From assembly GCA_963790475.1 (NCBI GenBank), contig CAWBOS010000010.1:992001-1056000 (forward strand): a DNA stretch of 64,000 nucleotides, read 5' to 3'. Positions 10,740 to 19,349 of this stretch are shown here, one piece after another (position 1 is the stretch's first letter; each line of letters opens with the position of its first letter). The notes beneath the pieces are model-generated. The model made no database searches, had not been told where the DNA came from, and was given only the letters and a program-made list of their open reading frames with translations. A program made the translations under genes and the position numbers. The DNA comes from an uncultured delta proteobacterium. Lineage in GTDB: Bacteria; Desulfobacterota; RBG-13-43-22.

Positions 10740-11261
10740 TTATTTCTTTTTCCGCTGAAAATCCAGATATTCTATCGGTTGGGCTGAAATGGAAAAGGGC
10801 CAGGAATAGGTCCCTGGATTCGCATTCTCGGGGAGAATGCCTTTATAGCTTAATTCAACCACCATTTTACCATTGCGAGTATAAGGTTGACGAATAAAGG
10901 CATTGCCTGAATCAAGCTGAACCGGACGGTCCAAGCCCTGAATATGGACCTCCTTAAAAGGTCCTAAGGATCCTTCAAAGGCCAGTAGGTATCCACTCGG
11001 ATTGTTGCTTTCCACCTCCAGAAGGGAAGCTGAAGGTAAAACAATATAACCTCTTTCAATATCCGGTTTCGTAAGGGTGATCTCCGGTTGCTGATAAATG
11101 ACCTTCAGGCGAAGGCGCGGAGTAACTACCGCTTTGACTGTTATGTTGGGTGAGACTGTGCCAGCTAAAGATTGGCTGACGAGCAGGGAGGCACTGAAGG
11201 ACAAAATCAAGGCCAGGGTAGTAATACAAAGACGATACCTTTTTAAGTAGGGAGAATACAT
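10740..11261 (-). CDS. Hypothetical secreted protein, paralog of 11369..11857 (pilin-like, Cys-less mature part)
   Basis: Signal peptide; aligns along its length with the neighbouring ORF (DIERGY/DVQRGY, FEGS..PFKEV.IQGL..PVQL.SG.AF..QP, PG.YSWP.SIS..PI); start at 11261 (ATG) or 11276 (TTG). Confidence 0.75.
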   Translation of the reverse strand: MYSPYLKRYRLCITTLALILSFSASLLVSQSLAGTVSPNITVKAVVTPRLRLKVIYQQPEITLTKPDIERGYIVLPSASLLEVESNNPSGYLLAFEGSLGPFKEVHIQGLDRPVQLDSGNAFIRQPYTRNGKMVVELSYKGILPENANPGTYSWPFSISAQPIEYLDFQRKKK

Positions 11262-11368
11262 AAGGTTGAGACCCAATGGTAACTCCTTTCTAAGCTTATG
11301 TTTTTGGTAGATAACCCAATAAGATCTTGCAGATTTGATTTTAGGCCTTGGAAAAATTTCAAGAGAAC

Positions 11369-11857
11369 TTATATCGGATCGACGGAGATAGAGAGGGGCC
11401 AGGAGTAGGAACCTGGTTTTGTATCTTCGGTGAGGATAAACCGGTAACTCAAATCCACATACACCTTCCCTCTTACAGACGGCTGGTGAACAAAGGCATG
11501 ACCGGAAGTAAGCTGAACCGGATTGGCCAGCCCTTGGATCTGAACCTCTTTAAAAGGCCATATGGATCCTTCAAAGTTTATCATATATCCGTTGGTGGAG
11601 TTGGTTTTCAGTTCCAGGCGGGAGGCCGAATGAACATCGAGGTAACCCCTTTGAACGTCCGTTACAGTGATCGTGATCTCCGAGGCCTGTGAGAGGAGAT
11701 TAAACTGCAGGTAAGGCAGGACTCTGGCAGAGACGGTCAATCTTGCCGTCCTCATAACGGCGTAGGTTTCCTGAGCACTCAGGAAAGCCATTAGAAACCA
11801 TGCCGCTACGAGGGCAGCAAAACCAATCGAACACCTTTTCAGTTTAGGAGGATACAT
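11369..11857 (-). CDS. Hypothetical secreted protein, paralog of 10740..11261
   Basis: Signal peptide ending TYA; clear tandem paralogy. Confidence 0.75.
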   Translation of the reverse strand: MYPPKLKRCSIGFAALVAAWFLMAFLSAQETYAVMRTARLTVSARVLPYLQFNLLSQASEITITVTDVQRGYLDVHSASRLELKTNSTNGYMINFEGSIWPFKEVQIQGLANPVQLTSGHAFVHQPSVRGKVYVDLSYRFILTEDTKPGSYSWPLSISVDPI

Positions 11858-12106
11858 AGGCTTGGGACCTGTTTTGTAACCTTCCCCTTTTCTGTTACTT
11901 CTTTCTTAATATACTCCCCGTCAAAAATCAAACAAAAACTATTTTTTTTTGGCTTTTTAACGATAACGCCAAATCGCCGTCAGATTAATAAGGGAACCCT
12001 TTGGGGATTTTTGAACATATTCCCTCCCCCAATGTGATTAAGGGGAGGGAATTTAGGGTTAGACGCTTATTTTGACATCATTAAAAATTATTCATTTAAT
12101 TTAAAA

Positions 12107-12122
12107 TGCAATTTTAGCGCCA
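12107..12122 (-). promoter_or_regulatory. sigma54 (-24/-12) promoter for the paralog pair
   Basis: Minus strand reads TGGCGC-TAAAA-TTGCA with exact GG-N10-GC spacing; palindrome ggtaaaat-N6-attttacc about 90-110 bp upstream (12210-12231). Confidence 0.7.
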
Positions 12123-12363
12123 AATAGTTGCCTCCCAACTAACTTATTAATAAAACAAATAAATTACTAAACGGTAATCTTTCCTTTTGTTTTGAAACGG
12201 GCAAAAATGGGTAAAATGGAAGGATTTTACCTAAAATATGCTAATTTTTACATAAAAGTGGAGGATTTTTGACACTTTGGGATTTATTGGCAGGGGTTGC
12301 GCTCTTGCCTTGAAAAAGGTTCTTTAGAAAAGATAAAATAATCAGCCCTACCTTATCAACCAC

Positions 12364-12390
12364 TAAAGTTAGGGGCAAGAGAACCGATAA
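12364..12390 (+). promoter_or_regulatory. sigma28-type promoter
   Basis: TAAAGTTA-N11-ACCGATAA (2 mismatches to the FliA consensus). Confidence 0.6.
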
Positions 12391-12596
12391 AAGAACTAAC
12401 GCCTGGAGTTTTAATTTCTATGAGGGATCGTAACTATATTAGGTACTTCGACCGTCTACCCCCCACTCCTTTACCAAAGGGGAGAGAGGGTTTTCGCATA
12501 TTCAAATAAAAACTTTGCTGTATTAGTTCAGTCAAGTTAAAAAAAATCTACAGCCCGCCGTCAAAGGGAATAATCCTGAATATTCAAACTGTGAAT

Positions 12597-12734
12597 ATGA
12601 ATGTGGAAGAAATATCAGACTGGCTGCATACCCGGCCGTCGACCATTTACAGCTTTTGCCGCCGCGGAGAGATCCCTTGCATCAAAATCGGATGGCAATG
12701 AGGGTATTGCCACAGACCCACCCGGGCAACCTGA
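12597..12734 (+). pseudogene. Excisionase-like helix-turn-helix (HTH_17) gene remnant
   Basis: MNVEEISDWLHTRPSTIYSFCRRGEIPCIKIGWQ* ; TGA at 12699-12701 where the family has W in G.QWRF. Confidence 0.65.
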
Positions 12735-12980
12735 GACCATTGCCCCCAGGGGCCTTTCCCAAGGAGAACCTGATTAGCAGAAAGGCCAGCCAGGTACTGA
12801 TTGGTTGGACGTCGATCAGTACCTATTCTTACATTGGTTATTGCCCGCTTTGCCTATGGCAAAAATATTGCTTTGTTTTTCTTCAAAAATTGAATTAATG
12901 ATTGGATTACATAGTATAGGGGTAATATGTCAAGACACGGGAGAAGGCGATAGAAGATTTCTGAGGAGGCGAATGATTAC

Positions 12981-13808
12981 TCACGAAGCGAAAAATTTTT
13001 CTGCCTCTATCCTTGCCCCGTAAAGTTTTTCACCGATAACGGCCAATTCTTTAAAGTCTATCCCGAGTTCCAGGAGAAGGGCATCATGCTCCATCGTCCA
13101 CAGCCCATCGTCTTCAATCCGTGGGCTGTACATTCGGGACATGGCTTCGGCCAGGGAGACAATGGCAATGGAATCCCTGAATTCCTTCGCTTGCGAAGGA
13201 CTGTGATGGCACCTGGTGGTTGAAATAATCTCCGATGGTAAACCGGCTTCCTCTGCCAGCCAGGCCCCGGCATCGGCATGCGTACAACCGAAAAGCTCCA
13301 TTTCTTTTTCGAGCATATCGTCGGTGGTGGGAATTTTGAAAAATTCATCATGGTCCATTTTATAAAAAATAATCCTTCCGATGTCATGAAGCAGGCCTGA
13401 AAGAAAACACTCCCGGGGAGAAGTCATGGTAATACGGTCTGAAATGACTGAAGCAATTAAGGCCACCTCATAACAGTGAATCCATAAAAATTTAATGTTG
13501 AAAGTGCCGGTATGGGGGAATATGGTCATAACATTCATGCCGACCGCTATTGATTTGATCCTTTCAAAACCCAAAAACATAATGGCCTGTCTGATATCCC
13601 GAATCTGACCGGAATGCCCGAAAAAAGGTGAATTAGCTGCCCTTATGACCCGTTCGGCAATAGCTTGGTCGTGGGCGATCAAACCATCAAGATCTTCCAG
13701 GGAGCAATCCTTTTTTTGAACAATAGAGAGGATCTTTCCCACCAACACCGGAATGGTGGAAAGGCCTTCGATATTTTCAATAAAATCCTTTACCTCGGAA
13801 GCACTCAT
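12981..13808 (-). CDS. HDOD domain protein
   Basis: LSTIP, DQAIAERVIRAANSPFFG, IRQAIMFLG, GLLHDIGRI, H..AGAWL, HH. Confidence 0.9.
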   Translation of the reverse strand: MSASEVKDFIENIEGLSTIPVLVGKILSIVQKKDCSLEDLDGLIAHDQAIAERVIRAANSPFFGHSGQIRDIRQAIMFLGFERIKSIAVGMNVMTIFPHTGTFNIKFLWIHCYEVALIASVISDRITMTSPRECFLSGLLHDIGRIIFYKMDHDEFFKIPTTDDMLEKEMELFGCTHADAGAWLAEEAGLPSEIISTTRCHHSPSQAKEFRDSIAIVSLAEAMSRMYSPRIEDDGLWTMEHDALLLELGIDFKELAVIGEKLYGARIEAEKFFAS

Positions 13809-14003
13809 TCTTTTTATTCCAAGCTGTTTAATCTTTTATTATCCTGAGGCTTATCTTTTTCGATCTCTTACGGTCCGGGATCCCGGTTACTTTCAATGGT
13901 CAGGCCTAGTCTGTGTCCCCCTTTATGAGGAAGCCTCCTTTTTATAAATCCATACAATAGATTTTTGACGATTTTTTCTGAATCATTTAGGACTACCCTT
14001 TAT

Positions 14004-14031
14004 TTATCGGCACAATACTTGAAAAACTTTA
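14004..14031 (-). promoter_or_regulatory. sigma28-type promoter upstream of the HDOD gene
   Basis: Minus strand reads TAAAGTTT-N12-GCCGATAA (SigD-like spacing). Confidence 0.7.
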
Positions 14032-14048
14032 AAAGATCGCTCCCGTCA

Positions 14049-15731
14049 CTATCGGGTTAAATGCCGGTACTTGAGGCGATGAGGCTGATCGGCCGCAGCT
14101 CCCAGGCGGGCCTTCCGGTCGGCTTCATACTCGGAATAGTTGCCGTCAAAGAAAAGGCACTGACTCTCCCCTTCAAAGGCCAAAATGTGGGTGACGATTC
14201 TATCTAGAAACCAGCGGTCATGGCTGATCACCAGGGCGCAGCCGCCGAAATTCTCCAGCGCGTCTTCCAGGGCCCTCATGGTATTGACGTCCAGATCATT
14301 GGTCGGTTCGTCAAGCAGAAGCACATTGGCCCCTTCTTTCAAAATACGAGCCAAGTGGACCCGGTTACGCTCTCCCCCGGAAAGCAGGCCCACCTTTTTC
14401 TGTTGATCGTTACCGGAAAGATTGAACCTGGAAACGTAGGCCCGGGAGTTGATTTCTCTGCTGCCCAGGGTGATAATATCCTGTCCCCCGGAAATCATTT
14501 CCCAGATTGTTTTTTCGGGATCGAGCACATCACGACTCTGGTCCACATAGGCCAGTTTGACCGTTTCTCCGATCTTGAGCGTACCCGAGTCCGGCTTTTC
14601 CTGGCCGGTTATCAAACGAAAGAGCGTAGTTTTGCCGGCACCGTTGGGGCCTATGACCCCTACGATTCCTCCCGGGGGTATATTAAATGAAACCTTTTCC
14701 ATGAGAATCTTCTCTCCATAGGCTTTGCTTAAGTTATCGGCCTGGATGACCAGGTTCCCCAATCGTGGGCCGGGGGGAATATAGATTTCCAATTCTTTAT
14801 CTCTTTTTTCAATCTCTTGATTTATCAGGGCCTCATAAGAATTAATCCGGGCCTTGGCCTTGGTATGCCGCCCTTTGGGGGACATGCGGATCCATTCTAA
14901 TTCGTGCTGTAATGTCCTCTGGCGTTTGCTTTCGCTTTTTTCTTCCTGACGCAGCCGATTCTGTTTTTGCTCCAGCCAGGAGGAATAGTTACCCTTCCAG
15001 GGGATCCCCTCCCCACGGTCCAGTTCCAGTATCCATCCGGCCACGTTGTCTAAGAAATAACGGTCATGGGTTACGGCAATGACGGTCCCGGCATACCGCT
15101 GAAGGTGGCTTTCCAGCCAGGCAACAGATTCGGCATCGAGGTGGTTGGTAGGTTCATCCAAAAGGAGAATGTCCGGCTTTTGAAGCAAAAGCCGGCAGAG
15201 GGCCACCCGCCGCCTTTCTCCCCCAGACAAGATCTTGACCGCTGTTTCCCCAGGCGGGCAACGCAGGGCATCCATGGCCATATCCAGTTTGGAATCCAGT
15301 TCCCAGGCATCTTGGGCCTCCAGCTTTTCCTGGACTTCGGCCTGGTGTTCGATGAGCTTATCCATAGCCTCACCCGACATCGGTTCGGCAAATTTTTCAT
15401 TTATCCGGTTAAACTCATTTAGCAGATCAACCGTGGCCTGGACCCCTTGTTCCACTATTTCTTTCACCGTTTTACTGTCGTCAAGGACCGGCTCCTGTTC
15501 CAGCAAACCCACGGTATGCCCGGGGGAAAGGATGGTCTGGCCGTTGAAATCCAGGTCTTTTCCGGCCAGGATTCGGAGCAGGGAGCTTTTTCCCGATCCG
15601 TTCAAACCCAGGACTCCTATTTTTGCCCCGTAAAAATAAGAGAGGGACATATCTTTCAATACCGGTTTTTTATCATAGTATTTGCTGACTTTGATCATTG
15701 AATAAATGACTTTATTCGGTTCAGTAGCCAT
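14049..15731 (-). CDS. ettA: Energy-dependent translational throttle protein EttA (ABC-F)
   Basis: Two ABC domains (GLNGSGKS, GPNGAGKT, LSGGE, LLDEPTN); SYFYGAKIGV, ELDRGEGIPWKGNYSSWL. Confidence 0.95.
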   Translation of the reverse strand: MATEPNKVIYSMIKVSKYYDKKPVLKDMSLSYFYGAKIGVLGLNGSGKSSLLRILAGKDLDFNGQTILSPGHTVGLLEQEPVLDDSKTVKEIVEQGVQATVDLLNEFNRINEKFAEPMSGEAMDKLIEHQAEVQEKLEAQDAWELDSKLDMAMDALRCPPGETAVKILSGGERRRVALCRLLLQKPDILLLDEPTNHLDAESVAWLESHLQRYAGTVIAVTHDRYFLDNVAGWILELDRGEGIPWKGNYSSWLEQKQNRLRQEEKSESKRQRTLQHELEWIRMSPKGRHTKAKARINSYEALINQEIEKRDKELEIYIPPGPRLGNLVIQADNLSKAYGEKILMEKVSFNIPPGGIVGVIGPNGAGKTTLFRLITGQEKPDSGTLKIGETVKLAYVDQSRDVLDPEKTIWEMISGGQDIITLGSREINSRAYVSRFNLSGNDQQKKVGLLSGGERNRVHLARILKEGANVLLLDEPTNDLDVNTMRALEDALENFGGCALVISHDRWFLDRIVTHILAFEGESQCLFFDGNYSEYEADRKARLGAAADQPHRLKYRHLTR

Positions 15732-15902
15732 TGGGTCTATACACCTCCTGTTACCAGTCCATTATTGCAGGAAAAACATTTTTTCTTAGATTTTAATAGT
15801 CGTTTTTGAGTAATTAATTTTTCGATTATTATTCTTCCATCTTGAAAATGATCGCAAACACCCCGGCCTTTTTGACTCCAATTTTTCGCAGCAGCGAATG
15901 AG

Positions 15903-16532
15903 TCATCCCCATTCCTTCACATACCGGGGAGCCTTTCCATACTCAGATAATCGGCCGTAGGATTTAGGGGAAGGATAATACTCAACCCCGAACTGAATCC
16001 TGCCGGCTATCTCTTCGCCGGCGGCATCGGCTACGAAAGCCAAAGCCAGGTCGATACCGGCCGAGACACCGGCGGATGTCCAGATAGGACCGTCTTTCAC
16101 TATCCGCTCCTCAACGACTGTCACATCACCCAACTCCCGCAAACGGTCAAGAGATGCCCAGTGTGTTGTGGCCCGCCGTCCGGACAGCAGACCGGCACGA
16201 TGCAGGATGAAGGCCCCGGTGCATACGGATAGAACGGCCTGGCAGTATTGAGCCTGTTCAGTGACAAAGCGGATTAAAACCTCATTATCCACTTCTTTCC
16301 TTGTGCCTTGACCGCCGGGAATAAGCAGGTAATCCAACGGGGGGGACTCCGAAAAAATGATCTGAGGATTAATGGACAACCCCTTGTTGCATATCACCGG
16401 TCCCGGTTTCTCAGAAATCATAAAGCAATTTTCAGGTCCCTGGGCAATCCGGCCCCAATATCGTATAATCTCCCAGGGGCCGACAAGGTCAAGTTCTTCC
16501 AGTTCCGGGAAAATCAAAAATCCAAAATTCAT
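15903..16532 (-). CDS. DJ-1/PfpI (ThiJ/InhA-like) family protein
   Basis: EELDLVGP, LLIPGG.G, SVCTGA, ATTHW, TSAGVSAGID. Confidence 0.9.
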   Translation of the reverse strand: MNFGFLIFPELEELDLVGPWEIIRYWGRIAQGPENCFMISEKPGPVICNKGLSINPQIIFSESPPLDYLLIPGGQGTRKEVDNEVLIRFVTEQAQYCQAVLSVCTGAFILHRAGLLSGRRATTHWASLDRLRELGDVTVVEERIVKDGPIWTSAGVSAGIDLALAFVADAAGEEIAGRIQFGVEYYPSPKSYGRLSEYGKAPRYVKEWG

Positions 16533-16617
16533 AGCGAATCCTACTGAACCACAGCTTTTTCGATTAAACCTGAGGCTCTGTCAAAAATCCAGATAATATG
16601 AATTTTCCATTGGATGG

Positions 16618-16643
16618 ATCAGCCCCGCCCGAGCGGGGCTGAT
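16618..16643. terminator. GC-rich hairpin (terminator or REP-like)
   Basis: atcagccccgc-ccga-gcggggctgat, perfect 11-bp stem. Confidence 0.55.
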
Positions 16644-16898
16644 ATCTCTTGACATTAACCCATGATCAGGCAAGATCCCTGACTTGTTAAAACGAAATTT
16701 AAGCGGTCGAATAAGGCTCAAATTCAAACCAGTAGGATCACAGGTTCAAATGAGGGTCCCCGGAGGCCAAGGTTTGGTGATTTGGAATTAGATCTTTCGG
16801 ATATTTTTTCGGATCTCGTGCTTCGTATTTCAAGACTTCGGTAAGTGGCCGAAAAGAGCCAGGGGAAGCTCTCAATAGTTCACCATGAAATACGACCT

Positions 16899-18413
16899 TC
16901 ATTGATTTGAATGGCGTTGTCGAAGTTCCTGGCGGAGGACTTTGCCTACGGGATTTCTGGGTATCAGGTCAATGAATTCAATGTATTTTGGGCACTTGTA
17001 TTTTCCCAAACTTTCTTGACAATAGGGAATCAGTTCCTGATCGCTAATGGAAAAACCCGGCTTCAGGACCACAAAGGCCTTGATCTCTTCCCCCATGATT
17101 GGATCCGGCACCCCGATAACCGCCACGTCCTGAACCGCCGGATGCTCATAGATCACCTCTTCAACATCCCAAGGATAAATGTTGAGTCCACCCCGGATAA
17201 TGAGATCTTTTTTGCGATCTACAATAAACAAATAACCATCTTCATCCATTCTGGCCATATCCCCAGTGTAAAGCCAGCCGTTTCGAAAGGCTTGCCCCGT
17301 CTCTTCAGGCATTTTATAGTATCCCGGAGAGACATTAGGCCCCCTGACGATCAGCTCTCCGATTTTTTCGACCGGCAAATCATTATCTTCTTCATCCACA
17401 ATTCGAACTTCCACTCCGGGGATAGGTATTCCAATGGAGCCCGGTTTCTGCGGCATGTCCGGCCTGTGTCTGGCTACGATAGGGGCCGCTTCGGAAAGAC
17501 CATAGCCCTCCCAGACCGGACACCCGAATTTTTCCTGGAAACCTCTCAAGATATCCAGGGGGAGAGGTGCTGATCCGCACCCGCAGCGCCTGAGGGAGGA
17601 TAAGTCATAATTATAAGCCAGGGGGCTGTTGAGCATCATGGCAAACATGGCTGGAGAGCCGGAAAATCCGGTCACTTTATATTTTTCTATAAGACGGAAG
17701 GCCTCCTCGGTGTCAAACCAGCGCATAAGGACATTTTTTAGATTGAACAGATAGCTGGTATTCATTACCGTCAGGCCGTAGGAGTGAGACAGAGGCAGTA
17801 CCTGCAACCTCACATCGTCAGGCCGGACATCGGCAAAGGAGGCCGAATTGACCACATTGGAGTAAAGGTTCCGGTGGGTCAACATTACCCCCTTTGGTTC
17901 CCCGGTGGTCCCTGCGGTGTAAAGGATCACGGCCAGGTCGTATTCATCAATTTCATTGATAGCCGGCTTCCCGGAACTCCGCTCAATCAGGTCCCAGAAT
18001 TTAATCGTTTCCGGTATCTCCTCTGGTTCCACGATAAGGATATGTTTCAAGGTTTCCAGGACGGGCCGGACTTTCCTGATCTTACTCATCAAATTTTTGT
18101 TGGTGATCAAGACCTTGGCTTCGGAATTTCTTAAGATGTGCATTATCTCTCTCTCGCCCAGGAAAGAGATTGCCGGCACAATGATGCCTCCAGCCCGGAG
18201 TATCCCCTGATAGCTGATGAGGACTTCGGGGCTGTTCATAAGCATCACCATGACCTTATCCCCCATCCCTACCCCTAACTCCTTAAGACCGTTGGCCAGT
18301 TGGTCGGCAAAACGAAGCAACTGAAGATTGGTATACTCTTGACCTTCAAATATGACGGATACCTGTTCGCCGAAGTTCCTGTAATGCTGATCGGCCAGTT
18401 CAACCAGATTCAT
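16899..18413 (-). CDS. Long-chain fatty acid--CoA ligase (ANL adenylate-forming family)
   Basis: YTAGTTGEPKG, EGYGLSE, GWLYTGD, DRKKDLIIRGG, PRNPVGK. Confidence 0.92.
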   Translation of the reverse strand: MNLVELADQHYRNFGEQVSVIFEGQEYTNLQLLRFADQLANGLKELGVGMGDKVMVMLMNSPEVLISYQGILRAGGIIVPAISFLGEREIMHILRNSEAKVLITNKNLMSKIRKVRPVLETLKHILIVEPEEIPETIKFWDLIERSSGKPAINEIDEYDLAVILYTAGTTGEPKGVMLTHRNLYSNVVNSASFADVRPDDVRLQVLPLSHSYGLTVMNTSYLFNLKNVLMRWFDTEEAFRLIEKYKVTGFSGSPAMFAMMLNSPLAYNYDLSSLRRCGCGSAPLPLDILRGFQEKFGCPVWEGYGLSEAAPIVARHRPDMPQKPGSIGIPIPGVEVRIVDEEDNDLPVEKIGELIVRGPNVSPGYYKMPEETGQAFRNGWLYTGDMARMDEDGYLFIVDRKKDLIIRGGLNIYPWDVEEVIYEHPAVQDVAVIGVPDPIMGEEIKAFVVLKPGFSISDQELIPYCQESLGKYKCPKYIEFIDLIPRNPVGKVLRQELRQRHSNQ

Positions 18414-18890
18414 TCCTTTTCCTCCGTCAGGACACCGACTGGTGTTTCCCTTCTGACTCTAGTCGAAACAGACAAATGAAAGGTTATTGTTTCGAGCGCT
18501 CGTTTCCCTGACATCCATGTTGCGATAAGGTTGGCTTGTTGTCTAAAGGACCGGCCAAGGTCTTTGAGACCAGCCGTCTTTTTTGAAGGGATGGAATCTT
18601 CTTCTTAATATAAAGATATAAAGGGAGAATCTAATAAATGTCAAGGGAAAAAGGCTCAGCCCGGACGATAAAAAGGGAATCCTAGACAGAGGCCCGGTTA
18701 ATAAATTATTGCATCTTTGATCTTCATTGTGATAACAATAAATGGCTTTCGGAAAACATCCCCTTTTACCCAATTCCTGTGTCAGACTCAAATTCTTTAA
18801 CCCGCGTCCTATTACTTGGCTCCGTTATGAACCGGCACCCCGTATGCTGCCGCCTAACCAGGGAATCCCCTTTGATTCCGTCACCGGGAC

Positions 18891-19252
18891 AAAAAAAGCG
18901 TCACCCTGAACTTGAGCCAGCCGGAAGGGATCGACCTGGCCAAAAGACTGGCGGCCCTTAGCGATGTGGTTATTGATAATATGCGCCCGGACGCCATGAT
19001 CAAAATGGGATTGGGCTATGAAGTATTAAAGAACATTAAACCGGACCTCATCGTCATCTCCTCCTCCGGCAGAGGACAGGAGGGACCGGAAACGGAATAT
19101 CTCGGATTTGCCACCATACCTCAAAGGATTGGGGGGCTGACTTATATGTCAGGGTATCCGGATGGCCATCCCACCTTACGGTACGGCAGGAGATGCGGAT
19201 CTGATGAATGCCACCGGTACGGCCTTTTCAGTGCTGGCCGCCCTTTATCACG
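18891..19252 (+). pseudogene. CaiB/BaiF (class III) CoA-transferase fragment
   Basis: KKSVTLNLSQPEG..LAKRLAALSDVVIDNMRP...LGYE.LK.IKPDLI; frameshift near 19175 continues as D.DLMNATGTAFSVLAALYH; both ends missing. Confidence 0.8.
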
Positions 19253-19349
19253 GCCCGATGCAGTTCTGGAGTTAAGACCGGCTCTTCCTGAGCCTGAAGG
19301 GTGAGCGCCTCCTCTTTGGAAAGAAACCCAAACTGCCTAATGCGATCTA

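Noticed and set aside
12656-13023. Short + strand ORFs of 80 and 72 aa
   Set aside because: No SD and no recognisable family; a YCPL motif alone is insufficient.
13021-13039. TAAAGTTT...CCGATAA, sigma28-like
   Set aside because: The spacer is far too short and it lies inside the HDOD coding sequence.
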